The notes under the pieces were generated by a model, which worked only from the letters and a program-made list of their open reading frames with translations, was not told where the DNA came from and searched no databases. The position numbers and the translations under genes were made by a program. This document shows, piece after piece, positions 29,001 through 35,965 of a stretch of DNA of 64,000 nucleotides. Source of the stretch: a virus; IMG/VR virus record IMGVR_UViG_3300036827_000193, positions 1 to 64,000 of that record. One strand, 5' to 3'. How positions within the stretch are numbered: position 1 is the stretch's first letter; every line of letters starts with the position of its first letter.

Positions 29001-30926
29001 CGGTGAGTGATCCTGGTCGGCGACGGATGCGGCGCGCGCGACGTCATCGGCGGTCTTGACCTCGACCGGCGCCTCGCGCGTGCCTTCCTGCGGCGCTTCG
29101 GCGCCGGCATGCACGCCGTTCTTCAACGCCTCATCGACCGCGTCGGCCTTCTCATCCGGCTTCATGCCGGCGACGTCGTCCTTGGAGTAGCCGTAGCGGC
29201 GCAGCACCTCGTCATCGTCGGCGCGCTGTGAGCCGTAGCCGAACTTGGTGTTGACGTAATCCTTGAGGTCGTCGTCGTTCCACGAGCGGATCGTGTCGCG
29301 ATCGAATTCCTTGTAGTAGGCCGCGGCCTCCTCGAGCTTGAAGCGCGCGCGCGCGCCCATCTTGGTCTCGAACGGTTGCGGTTTTTCGCCCGGCTGCTGT
29401 TGCTGCGCGCCGGATCCCGGCGCTGATCCCGAACCGCCGCCGGTTTGCTGCTGTTGGTCACCGCCCGCCTGATGGTCCCACTCCCCATTCATCGGGTTGT
29501 AGTACCAGCGCCCCCCGGCGGCATCGTCGCGATACCACGTGCCATTGAAGCCGCGGCCGCTGGTGCCCCATTGGTAATCGGGATCGTAGGGATCATCGCG
29601 GCGTGGCGACCCGGTCGGGCGCGCGCCCGCGCCGGCAGCACCGGCGCCGCCGGGCGATTCACCCGGGCGAGGACCGCCGCCCGAACCCGCTGCCGCGCCA
29701 GGCGCTTCGCTTCCCGGCAGTGCGCCCGACACCGCGGCTGCCGGCTGATCCGCTGTGGCGGCCGGCTCGGCGGCATTGCGATTGCCGAATGTCGAAAGCC
29801 CGTGCGTGCCGCCACCGACCGCGAGACCGGTGATGTAGCTCGCCAGCATGCGCTTGAAGTCGGGCGTGTAGGCCGCGTTCTTGTCGTAGTAGGCCGCGGC
29901 GATCTTCTGGTTGAGGTAGTCCTGCGCCTCGCCGATGCCGGTAAAGACGACACCGTCACGCAGCGCGTGTTCGAGGGTTGCCGCTGCCCAGCCGGCGAGG
30001 CCAGGTGCAACCTGCTTGACCGGCGCGAGCACGGAGCCGAGCGGGATCATGCCGAGGCCGCCGCCGACAAGCCCGGAGAGCCCGGCCGCCTTCGCGGCAT
30101 CGTCGTCGCTCGCGCCCTTTTGCTTGGCGGCGTCGAAAGTTTCCCCCGCAGACGACAGCCCCATGCCGAGTCCGCCCATGGCGAGACCGGTGAGCGGGCC
30201 GGCTGCGAGACCGCCAGCGACGTACGGCGCTATGCCGCCGATGCCACCCGCCACCTTGCTGGTGAGCGTTTCCTTCTCGGCTGGCGACAGCGGCGCGGCT
30301 GCCTCGCCGAATTGCTTGACCGATCGTCCGGCCCGGTAGAGCGCGTTGTCCTCGATCGGCGTGGCGCCGACGGTTGCGGTGCCGGTGATGTCGCCGCTGT
30401 TGGGGTCGACGGTGTCCTGAATATCGGACGGAGCGGTGTTGCCCGATGCTCCGGTGACGGCACGGCCAAGCCGGTCAAGGCCGACGGCTGCGCCCTGCAT
30501 GATATCGCCGGTCTGCCCGGTGATGCCCTGCACCGCCGATTTTGCCGCGACGCCAGGCAACGACGACCACGGCACATCCTCGGGCTTTGCAGCTTTCGCC
30601 GACTGGCCGCCGACCGTCGCGGTGCCGGTGATCGGCGGCTCGTCGCTTGGTGCTTCGCCGTACTGCGAGAAGTCGATGGCCGGCGCCTTGTCGACTTCAT
30701 CCTGCGTCTTGCCGAACGCGCCGAAATCGGGCTGCGCCTTCTGCGCATCCTGGTGCTGCTGCAGTTGCTGCTGCTGGCGCTTATCGAGTGTCTTGCGGAT
30801 GAGGCGGTTGAGCACCGCCTGCGGGTCGACGGCATTGTTCTGGACAAGCTCGGGCGCGCGCTCGGTGATGAGATCGTTGACGATGCCTTGCGGGTCGACC
30901 GCCCCAAGCGCGTCGGCGAGGCTCAT
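20088..30926 (-). CDS. Giant polyvalent internal-virion/ejection protein (3612 aa)
   Basis: N-terminal Gly/Ala hydrophobic helices; InPase-like domain (YGYVKGT.GADG.HVDVF); DFGEKIGGARK; LPD1-type zincin (FRGVQFGN, SLAHEWLHALD); IEEVQSDWHQ domain; JAB-like E...HNHP..GTLSGPD; last gene of the ejection cluster. Confidence 0.88.
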   Translation of the reverse strand: MSLADALGAVDPQGIVNDLITERAPELVQNNAVDPQAVLNRLIRKTLDKRQQQQLQQHQDAQKAQPDFGAFGKTQDEVDKAPAIDFSQYGEAPSDEPPITGTATVGGQSAKAAKPEDVPWSSLPGVAAKSAVQGITGQTGDIMQGAAVGLDRLGRAVTGASGNTAPSDIQDTVDPNSGDITGTATVGATPIEDNALYRAGRSVKQFGEAAAPLSPAEKETLTSKVAGGIGGIAPYVAGGLAAGPLTGLAMGGLGMGLSSAGETFDAAKQKGASDDDAAKAAGLSGLVGGGLGMIPLGSVLAPVKQVAPGLAGWAAATLEHALRDGVVFTGIGEAQDYLNQKIAAAYYDKNAAYTPDFKRMLASYITGLAVGGGTHGLSTFGNRNAAEPAATADQPAAAVSGALPGSEAPGAAAGSGGGPRPGESPGGAGAAGAGARPTGSPRRDDPYDPDYQWGTSGRGFNGTWYRDDAAGGRWYYNPMNGEWDHQAGGDQQQQTGGGSGSAPGSGAQQQQPGEKPQPFETKMGARARFKLEEAAAYYKEFDRDTIRSWNDDDLKDYVNTKFGYGSQRADDDEVLRRYGYSKDDVAGMKPDEKADAVDEALKNGVHAGAEAPQEGTREAPVEVKTADDVARAASVADQDHSPEQGEANNVQRGHMRWNGLDITIEAPAGGVRRGTNPETGEAWQTTHSVPYGYVKGTEGADGMHVDVFMGPNPQRPTVYVLDEKDEATGAFRQHKAMIGFDGPSEAIQAYLGTSSKKPQHIGGMRAMPVGEFKDWLKTGNTKAAASEAMAAENPPETPPETAPAMQAAGTEAGTAHGSPTNNVRAEPEPTAKTTPISGERAGAAPEAGPEHHQAIEDTLRAAGVDPDTVRPADIVRAAEIHANEGAPPDDAFTTAVVRSLVEDGHMSRDEIAKDIGDEATTELLEARDGSERGLGAAASGATTDRATAAGAQAVDQGGVEAARPEEPARPQEPARGEGTGREPQAAATGHPATGAGAGGDTAGGERTAEADDGRTGGGAEAAVEHKPARAAKDAVSGGKPFGGMIANQEAYRARAQRMRDEGRGSPWPTYKTTEEKLRAQGTSVRQDNARRKQEIETQRPIFDAALKEQKIPLDSVPEALRFDAMERMLDRGEDPLDALESVIMQYARDEDMIADELHRDKVEGILAGEEVFNALDERHPPRHGEKPAPERTEPAVEEAAQRAQAGGVASGAGASAGPGRGEVRAQGGKRSGERTQPVTERTAAGQQHVLPGAEQISDAERAQRAADRSLKPKAVQKPADEGLFGDESKQTDLVDLARKPAKALPPVLTSQPPEPADKPADTEAAQARAAGPSDSAPGAKSETRTSAPEKVAKVEDFGEKIGGARKETFAGFRDSLREKFDVAAVPLSKSFPQPDYEKLAAAGVDARVLSHIAIMRDMIPNRPRVAGKAKRWAEQVETLRTFARQLLDGEIDVAKLEQAARGNYALQTLPLTAKAIEDIAPADLPRAARYRVNSGHYSILNGQRYSPSKSFWFLESPDRRSARDPFSNDPANPYTYRDNPEDAVALAKKIIAHDLAEKPTEGAGERSKYTDVGIYRDRETKGAFLGFKVRSTVIRLKAGFETPQAAREYLQENRDDLQAAIDALRKGPNMRGTENRPRSGEALREGDVTPEMFSGAFGFRGVQFGNYVEGQRRQADLNRAFDALMDLADVVGVPPQALSLNGELGLAFGARGHGGRDAASAHYEPGQVVINLTKGGGPGSLAHEWLHALDNYFARQDQASGYISERRRDGGPVRHEVYQAWKNVEASLQKGGFADRAAKFDKVRAKPYWNTTIEKAARSFERYIVDRLADKGAANDYLANIDTAGGAYPTADEMRDQGIRAAYDHLFETIEARPAGHGFALAESEDAFGHAPAFYSAVERAVAAVKQDKAAPNHWLGTIRNAPGVKPEEIEWLGLEHWLREHKGAVTKAEVHDYVRAHQVEVREVEKSDAQPPSDIEDWTQGEPVENDEGGTTTQLTLPGRSTGTGIDVYHDKNGELTGYAAFVRGTMLGDHESFEGAVADLAREIGGDIGGTQYRQYTLPGGENYRELLLTLPEKLPGEEASRNAQVDAWHDFEMEMRRKYGTTGTDDTLAAMSPAERERYAQFDREYRPPSANQDFRSPHFDEPNVLAHIRFNDRTIDGKKTLFIEEVQSDWHQAGKKKGYKQPPQKLFTDSDFKFVRTDGDHGKHWFALPDGSERPGWGDTVDVARAEAVDNYQRSAKIHGDYEQGTRVPDAPFKTTWPELSLKRIIRYAAEHGYDKIAWTPGDVQADRYDLSKQIDDLHYIKGADGHYTIDARLKGRSDNTRIAEGVPEKDLPDHVGKDVAARIAAGEGKPSGFYGTDKGRRTLSGLDLKVGGEGMRGFYDDILPKTANKLVKKYGGKVGQGKLPTVPADFQNDLSRGLVLEQDKSKYPGHTVHTLDIAPALRQAATGQGFALFQPGETKPAKVTAHDLGPIAIPQHMLAGDWAQRHVLRQGIATGLEHLVAVDQNGKVVAHTRGGPGNTGQDLKLFAIASDPRNAIVIHHNHPRDGTLSGPDIGFLGLPGLHAVWAHGHGGHVARAELTPSARAALRRFDPVTAAKYLYAAHEAVQNKLYDIINTALLSGRIDRDTANALLPHAVAVALHRAGIIDYRSNSTFGDDIEKLGLGAYIELAAHAARGTVHGPDELPDDRSAGSLRHAGDLGASFARTAEVAAGHVAAPGHDRVGGADDRAQAARAAHGVGLGDAELAGTELAGTGLAEEGRHYTLGAMGDPIRTIKVFKDFWTSAFQPELVSDRALEADPLFARYKARQAQEKDAVVRQSESQWNYWNKRGDAERIRFLDDVESNNTPADATQADMARRYRRILDANWAEEQRYGSRAAFVDDYFPHIWEQPDEWRAFSETRSAQVGPTWFQKKRTYDYISEGLAAGLKLRFTNPVDIVVHRLLSGVDMRQRMELLYQLKDMGLAWEGKQGGEQLVRRGWRAINAPDRQQWVIVPDVQKLWQNGVEAKGLWQAEHVGGSMFRGWMALKNAWVPIKLALSAFHPLHVLHIDQANSLARAWDDLAKGHDLPAALKAAAEGVGTIPTLGMIHYRKGAKARAAWAKRPSQQTPQDKAVVALMTDGGFVPQLSEQLKIAARRQLAVAWRKVLRGEAGASDWRKAVSAAMRRPIEVLQAPLFEKWIPALKAAAYLDQAASLLKRRPGLLADDTNRRIALRAIAKSIDNRYGEMSYGTLFWNRTTKDAAIGSFLSLGWNLGFVREFGGATLEAGTRTAGLLPPFKPSAGRAVTRDATNKIPFVLAYVGTAALIAGIMTNLFTGKQPEGIDYVFPRAGGENPDGSPRRYTTMFYLREVPMLLKHVQERGGNWLSGAGEMLWNKLMFEPFHELLTNRDYYGYNIWDENAPIYQQVWQGVKHFFGDQTNPMSVSGAKHAAELSGKPFPSAAEAIRHPEQYLDALKAKGVGMSVLGFGPAPAYVEKSPIQNRISYLYREHVAPTSRPEEQAQGTEEKMAVRSAILIAKRDHDSKALQDAYQRGKALGLKPGYMQNVGVVPTDIYLFSRLPNEDQKAILLQASKDERNRYWPKAHQTVKNEVNRQVHLPAIPAGALPAGAM
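22700..22879 (-). CDS. Nested +1-frame small gene (59 aa) inside the giant gene
   Basis: GAGAGGGA RBS, ATG 22879; GC3 bias shifts to this frame. Confidence 0.6.
   Translation of the reverse strand: MAQTNFQMIDPPGAFDTLATWEHHLHELRKLPQDTLLRQDMIASAEQMIERKRREPRTA
27116..27409 (-). CDS. Nested +1-frame small basic gene inside the giant gene
   Basis: GGAGAGGA RBS, ATG 27409, MRLTSDTHRGMAKSLR; host frame is a low-complexity linker here. Confidence 0.5.
   Translation of the reverse strand: MRLTSDTHRGMAKSLRQSAPNLPLKKRHSAHKLAGLHLALARAQDRDAEKYAPKAESDQVNELNLSQSEQPQDSSTSSLVPSKSQTPSAPSEPPTEA
27821..28177 (-). CDS. Nested +1-frame Lys/Pro-rich gene inside the giant gene
   Basis: AAGGA RBS, ATG 28177; host frame has AT-rich third positions here. 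Confidence 0.4.
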   Translation of the reverse strand: MKQQPSYWKPATGLNAGWALRHQAPQLIGRLPRARKLSIKAALKLHGLKNLLGPKSPLAVKAPGASLKPPQPVIPRQGPALGVTPPAGNALPKPMTGGLAAAPKPLLNTSLPGLPKMP

Positions 30927-32188
30927 TAGGTTCCGGTCATCGCGAGATAGTCGTCATTGTTGGATGCGGTCGGCGCCGTCGTGGTGGCCGGCGCCGCACT
31001 CTGGCCGCCCGGTGGTTTGGTGCGCTGGCGCGCCACGCCATTCTGGTCCTTGAACCACGCGCCCATCGGCACCTGCGTATTGAAGTCGTCGAGCGTCATG
31101 CCCTTCGTTTCGAAGGGATTGTCGGCCGCGGTGCCCATGTCCTTGATCTTGTCGGCCTGCTTGGGATCAACGCCGGCGGATTTGTAGAGCCGGCCGCGGT
31201 AGGCCTCGACGTTCTTCGACAGCCGGTCGAGATCCTGCTGCTGCTGCTCGGGCGTCGCGCCATTGAGCGCCCAGCGCTTCTGCAGCACGATCTGCTGGCC
31301 CTTCTCATATTTCTGGGCTTCGTTCTCGACCGAGATCACCTTGCCGTAGGGTGTGTTCTGCCAGGCGCCCGAGCCGCCCTTGCCGGTCTGGCCAAGCTCC
31401 AGGCTTTTTGCGCGTGCTGCGAGATAGTTGCCTTGCGCGGCGCGGTAGGCCGACTTGTCGTCGGCGTCCTGCGCCGACAGCATGTCCTTGAATGCGCCCG
31501 ACGACTGCGTGAACAGGTCGTTCTTGGCCTGGCGCAACTGCGCCTGCTGCTTGCCCTCCTGATCGAGACCGCCTTCGAGGCCGCCGCCAAAGCCAGCGGC
31601 GAATGCCGTGCCGGCCGAGGCGCCCGGCGCCGTCTTGCCGACCGCGCTCATGCCCTTGCCGAGCGCGGCGAGCGAGTTCTGCCATGGATTGGTGTTGGTG
31701 AGCCCGAGTGCGCCGGCGAGGTTTCCGGTCGAGGTCGGCGGCGGCGCGCCCATCGCGGATGACGGCGGCGGCGCAACCGGCATCGTGTTCACGCCAAGCG
31801 TCGGCCTGGCGTTGGGGGGCAGCGCTGCACCACCGGACGTGATGGCGCCTGCTGGCGTCGGGCCTGACGCAAGGTCTGGCCGCGTTATGGCGCTGTCGGG
31901 AGTGGGGCCGGAGGCGAGGTCGGGCGTTGCCGACAATGGCCGCGGCTGTGGCAGGGGAATGTCAGGCAGCGCATTCGGCGGTGCCGGTGGCGGCCCAGGT
32001 GGCGGCCCAGATGGCGCCCCAGGCGGCGGCCCAGGTGGCGGAGCTGCTGCCGCGCCCGGCGCCGGCGCAACTGGCGGCGACATCGACGGTGGCGTCAGCG
32101 GTGTCGACGACAGCGCGCCGCTTGCACCGGGAATACCGAGCAGCGCGCGCATCGCGTCTGCATCGTCAAAAAGGTCTAAAAACCCCAA
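30926..32188 (-). CDS. Internal virion/ejection protein
   Basis: Pro-rich N-terminus, Gly/Ala hydrophobic stretch, Gln-rich coil; position in the podophage ejection cluster. Confidence 0.7.
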   Translation of the reverse strand: MGFLDLFDDADAMRALLGIPGASGALSSTPLTPPSMSPPVAPAPGAAAAPPPGPPPGAPSGPPPGPPPAPPNALPDIPLPQPRPLSATPDLASGPTPDSAITRPDLASGPTPAGAITSGGAALPPNARPTLGVNTMPVAPPPSSAMGAPPPTSTGNLAGALGLTNTNPWQNSLAALGKGMSAVGKTAPGASAGTAFAAGFGGGLEGGLDQEGKQQAQLRQAKNDLFTQSSGAFKDMLSAQDADDKSAYRAAQGNYLAARAKSLELGQTGKGGSGAWQNTPYGKVISVENEAQKYEKGQQIVLQKRWALNGATPEQQQQDLDRLSKNVEAYRGRLYKSAGVDPKQADKIKDMGTAADNPFETKGMTLDDFNTQVPMGAWFKDQNGVARQRTKPPGGQSAAPATTTAPTASNNDDYLAMTGT

Positions 32189-32203
32189 GGCCGCCTCCTG
32201 TTG

Positions 32204-33469
32204 TTAAGCGGCGATGCCGAGCTGGCGCGCGAGGCCGGATGTCTCGGGCTTGATCGCGGCGCGCTTGGCGAGCGCCGCGCGCAGCACTTCGTACGGCACG
32301 ACGGTGCCGGCCTCGTGCGGCACGAACAATTCCGGACCGCGCTCGCCGACGATGGCGGGCTTACCCGGCTCCGGCGTGCCGCCATCGGCGTACATCGGAT
32401 AGGAGTAACCATTGCCGTACGAACCTGCCCCGGTCGCCGGGCTCATCGTCAGCGGCGCGCCGGAGCCGGTCTGCTGCGACGAACTCAGCATGCCCGGGAT
32501 CGCCATCAGCGAAGTGCCGCCGGTCATCGGCGCGAGCGCTGCGGCACCGAGCGAGCCGACAATGCCCCAGCCGGAATTGTCGGGCGCAGAGGCGACCTGC
32601 GTGCCGTTGGTGGTGCCGTTGGTCGACGTCGTGGTCGGCGCCGCACCCTTGGCGGCGGTGAGATCGGCATTGACGAGCTGCGAGGTCTGGAACGGATACT
32701 GCTGCGCCAGCAGCCATTGATTGTAGGCCGCATTCAAGCCGGCCTGGCTCTGCGCAGTCTGCTGGCCGCCGAACGTATTGTTCAAGGTCGCGGCGCCGGT
32801 ATTGGCGGCAAGAATGGCGTTGGCGCCGGTGAGATTGCGATTGAGCGCGGTCTCGTTGAGGTTGGCGTTGGTGGTCGAGGCATTGAGGCTGTTTGCCACG
32901 TCCTGCGCACCAGCGCCGATTGCCGTGTTGAAGGCGGCGTTGTAGGCGTTGCCGACAAGACCCTGCCGCGCGATGTCCTGCTGGTTGGTCAAGTTACCCT
33001 TGCCGAGCGCCCAGCTTGTGTCGCCGAACGCACCGGCGCCGGTCGCGCCGGCATCGAAGCCCTTGTTCTGCGTCGCGAACTGCTGGTTCTGCGCCTCGAG
33101 CTGCGGCTGCAAGGCCTGCGAGACGTACTGGTTCATGTACGGCGACATCGCCGAGTAGATTGGATTTGCCGACACCGAGGAGGCCGGCGCCGTGGTGTAG
33201 TTGAGAAGCGCGCTCGGCACCGCGGAGAGCGCCGGCGAGGTGGCGCCGGCGACGTCGGTGGCAAGGCCAAACGAGGAATTCTGCTGCGGGCTGAAGCTTG
33301 CGACCTGCGGGCCGGAGTATGGCGTGAAGCCGTTCGCCTGCAGGCCAGAGGCGAAATTGACGTTGTTTTGCGCCGCCGTCGTCAGCCACGGCGCCGGCGT
33401 CGCGGTCGAGGTCGAGGCCGTGCTCGAATTGCTGTTGGTTGTCTTCTGGGTCTCGTTACCGAAGCACAT
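32204..33469 (-). CDS. Internal virion/DNA transfer (pilot) protein
   Basis: MCFG start, Q/N/A/T-rich, MSPYMNQYV, GAFG; C-terminal ADGG...IVGERGPELFVP. Confidence 0.75.
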   Translation of the reverse strand: MCFGNETQKTTNSNSSTASTSTATPAPWLTTAAQNNVNFASGLQANGFTPYSGPQVASFSPQQNSSFGLATDVAGATSPALSAVPSALLNYTTAPASSVSANPIYSAMSPYMNQYVSQALQPQLEAQNQQFATQNKGFDAGATGAGAFGDTSWALGKGNLTNQQDIARQGLVGNAYNAAFNTAIGAGAQDVANSLNASTTNANLNETALNRNLTGANAILAANTGAATLNNTFGGQQTAQSQAGLNAAYNQWLLAQQYPFQTSQLVNADLTAAKGAAPTTTSTNGTTNGTQVASAPDNSGWGIVGSLGAAALAPMTGGTSLMAIPGMLSSSQQTGSGAPLTMSPATGAGSYGNGYSYPMYADGGTPEPGKPAIVGERGPELFVPHEAGTVVPYEVLRAALAKRAAIKPETSGLARQLGIAA

Positions 33470-33893
33470 GGGGCGCCTCCTCGCGCGGTTGCGCGCGAAC
33501 CTGTCGGTTGTTGCTCTTGTTGAAGATCGTCACCGAGCCGCGGGCCTCTGAAATGACGTGCAGCTCGAGGCCGGAGGCAACCGCGATTGCGGTCGCCTCG
33601 CGCAGCATCGGCTTCCAGGCCCGCGAGCCCGGCAGCGCGAACGCCCAGCGGTTGGCGAGAAAGGGAAGCTTCGCGTTCCACCAGAACGTCGGCCGGATCA
33701 GGCCGATGGTGCCGACGAGGCGCTCCTCGGAAATCGCCATGATCGCCACGCTCTCGCGCGCGACGCGCCAGATTTCCGTGGCGCTGTCCTTGTGGTCGAT
33801 CGGACCGGGCAATGTCGGCCCGGCGACGACACAGAGGAATTCGTGGATGGCAATGACGTCGGCGTCGGTTTCGGCGTAACGGATACTGATCAC
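33456..33893 (-). CDS. GNAT-like protein
   Basis: IRYAE..D, LVGTIGL...FWW...L...WAF.LP..R pattern; usual position between nozzle and ejection genes. Confidence 0.6.
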   Translation of the reverse strand: MISIRYAETDADVIAIHEFLCVVAGPTLPGPIDHKDSATEIWRVARESVAIMAISEERLVGTIGLIRPTFWWNAKLPFLANRWAFALPGSRAWKPMLREATAIAVASGLELHVISEARGSVTIFNKSNNRQVRAQPREEAPHVLR

Positions 33894-34120
33894 GTGGTGC
33901 GATTGAGCCCGCCGCGTTGCAGGATCTGCAACAGCGTCGCGAGCACCGCGTTGGTGTTGGCAAGCGTCGGGGAGGCGACCAGGAGCTCAAGCGTCTGCGT
34001 CACCGCGGCATCGAACATGATGTTCTGCGCCATCTCGACGATGTCTGCCTCGTGGCTGGCGCGTTCGACTTCGCGCAGCGACGACACCGGGTCGTGCGGA
34101 TTGAGGGTGACAGGACGCAT
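33890..34120 (-). CDS. Small phage structural-module protein
   Basis: Coupled ORF MRPVTLNPH. Confidence 0.6.
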   Translation of the reverse strand: MRPVTLNPHDPVSSLREVERASHEADIVEMAQNIMFDAAVTQTLELLVASPTLANTNAVLATLLQILQRGGLNRTT

Positions 34121-34121
34121 G

Positions 34122-35963
34122 CTACCGCCGTGTTGCCGAGGCGCGCGCGAACGCCGCCGGTTTGCCAAGCCGCATGTAGTTGCCGAGGTCGGAACAGGTC
34201 AGCGACAGCGAGATGTAGCGGCCGGACACGCGATAATCGGTAATGCCGGCAGCGACGTCCGGGACGTCCTCGGTTTCCGTATCCATCGGCACCGTGTCGG
34301 TCAGGCGGTCATACGTCGTGACCGTCATCGCGATGGTGCCGCTCTGCTGGAAGAAGTCGGGGACGATGCCCTCGATGTCGAGGTTCTGCTGCCCTTCCTT
34401 GAGGGCGTACGGCGACAGCGACAACGTCCAGGTCAGCGGATTGCCGTTGTCGTCGAAAGTGTCGCCGATCGGGTCGTGGTTATAAAGGAAGCCATCATTG
34501 CCCGCCATGATCGGCGAAGTGTCGCCCTGCGTGAAGTGGCCGCCGCTCGCGCGCCCGGCGGTGACGCCGACGCTGGAATAGAAATTGGCAAGCCCGACCG
34601 ACCAGACCTGGTCGTTGATGTGGAAGATGACGTAATTGGTCGGGTTGACGCTGCCGGTGGTCGGGTAGAAGAACCAGATTTCGTGGTACTTCGGCACATA
34701 GATGGCCGAACACTGGAACGCCAGCGTATCGGGCAGCGCGTCGAACACGTATTTGCGGATGTCCTCGACGTTGGGCATCGGCGACACAGCGCCGTTGTAG
34801 ACATAGAAATTATCCGGCCCCTGCCAGTAGGCGAGGCCGTCGACCGTCACCGCGGCATTGGGCGAGATCAGGCCGCAGTCGCGGCCGGCAAGGCTCGAAT
34901 TGTAGACGAATTGCGAGCCGGTATATTGGAACAGGTAGGCCGCGCTGTCGCTCCACACCATGGAGATGAAGGGCGCGAGCGCGCGCCCGCCGACAAGCTT
35001 CGAGCCTTCCTGCAAGGTTCGCGAAAACGCGGTGTTGGCGGTTGCCGGCGTCCAGGTCGTGGGATCGTTCTGGCTGCAGACATTGACCACCATGGAATCG
35101 CACAGGCCGAAGATGAAGCGCTCCGGCGTGACGAACATGGCGCGGAAGTTGGTCGGCGCACCGTCGACCGGATTGCCGCCGAAGGTCGCGACCGCGCGCG
35201 GCCATGGCTCGGCCTGGGTCGGATCGAAGAACCACAGCGAGCCGCCGTTGTAGGTCGCAATCGCGACCTGCCCGAAGCGATCGAGCGACCACACGCGCGG
35301 TTCATAGAAGATGGTGGACGAGCCGCGTGCCGTGCCCCAGGTCCCGAGCCCCCACGGCCCCGAGCCCCAGCCCTGGCCGAACGAGCCGAGCTCGGTGCCG
35401 ACCGGGATCTCGTATTCGTAGGCGACCGCGGCACCGCCGCCGGCGCCGCTGCCGCTCGCCGTCGTCGTCGCGGTGACGGTGTAATTGTTGAGGTCGATCA
35501 CGGTCGCGACGATGAAGGTGCCGTTCATCGTCACGTTGTTGAACGTGGTCGCGCCCGAATAGATCGCGGTGTCGCCGACGTTGAGGCCGTGGGAGACGTG
35601 ATGCACCTCGACAGAAGCCGAGCCCGACGCGGTGGTGAACGGATTGGTGCCGAGCGTCCCGGTGGCCCGGAACGGCGTGATGTCGGTCAATGTGAAGCTT
35701 GAGTCGAAGGCATAGAGCTTGCGATAGGTGCCGCAGGCGACGTAGCCGTTCTGCAGGAAGTCCTGCCAGCACATGGTCGCGCGCGGCGTGCCAGACATCG
35801 CGCTCGAGCTGATGCGGATATTGCCGCCGATCTTCTGCGGCCGGCCGTGCACGAAGCGGATCTTGTCGAACGGCAGGATCCAGCGGCCCTCGGCGACGCG
35901 GTCGGATTCCGTGACCACGACACCCGGCGGCGGGTTGATCGGGATCGGCACCAGCGCAGACAT
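34122..35963 (-). CDS. Tail nozzle / DNA stabilization protein (P22 gp10-like)
   Basis: 613 aa beta-rich; IRF..GRPQKIGG, WSLDRFG, CGLIS, EIWFFYP; position. Confidence 0.75.
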   Translation of the reverse strand: MSALVPIPINPPPGVVVTESDRVAEGRWILPFDKIRFVHGRPQKIGGNIRISSSAMSGTPRATMCWQDFLQNGYVACGTYRKLYAFDSSFTLTDITPFRATGTLGTNPFTTASGSASVEVHHVSHGLNVGDTAIYSGATTFNNVTMNGTFIVATVIDLNNYTVTATTTASGSGAGGGAAVAYEYEIPVGTELGSFGQGWGSGPWGLGTWGTARGSSTIFYEPRVWSLDRFGQVAIATYNGGSLWFFDPTQAEPWPRAVATFGGNPVDGAPTNFRAMFVTPERFIFGLCDSMVVNVCSQNDPTTWTPATANTAFSRTLQEGSKLVGGRALAPFISMVWSDSAAYLFQYTGSQFVYNSSLAGRDCGLISPNAAVTVDGLAYWQGPDNFYVYNGAVSPMPNVEDIRKYVFDALPDTLAFQCSAIYVPKYHEIWFFYPTTGSVNPTNYVIFHINDQVWSVGLANFYSSVGVTAGRASGGHFTQGDTSPIMAGNDGFLYNHDPIGDTFDDNGNPLTWTLSLSPYALKEGQQNLDIEGIVPDFFQQSGTIAMTVTTYDRLTDTVPMDTETEDVPDVAAGITDYRVSGRYISLSLTCSDLGNYMRLGKPAAFARASATRR

Positions 35964-35965
35964 CG

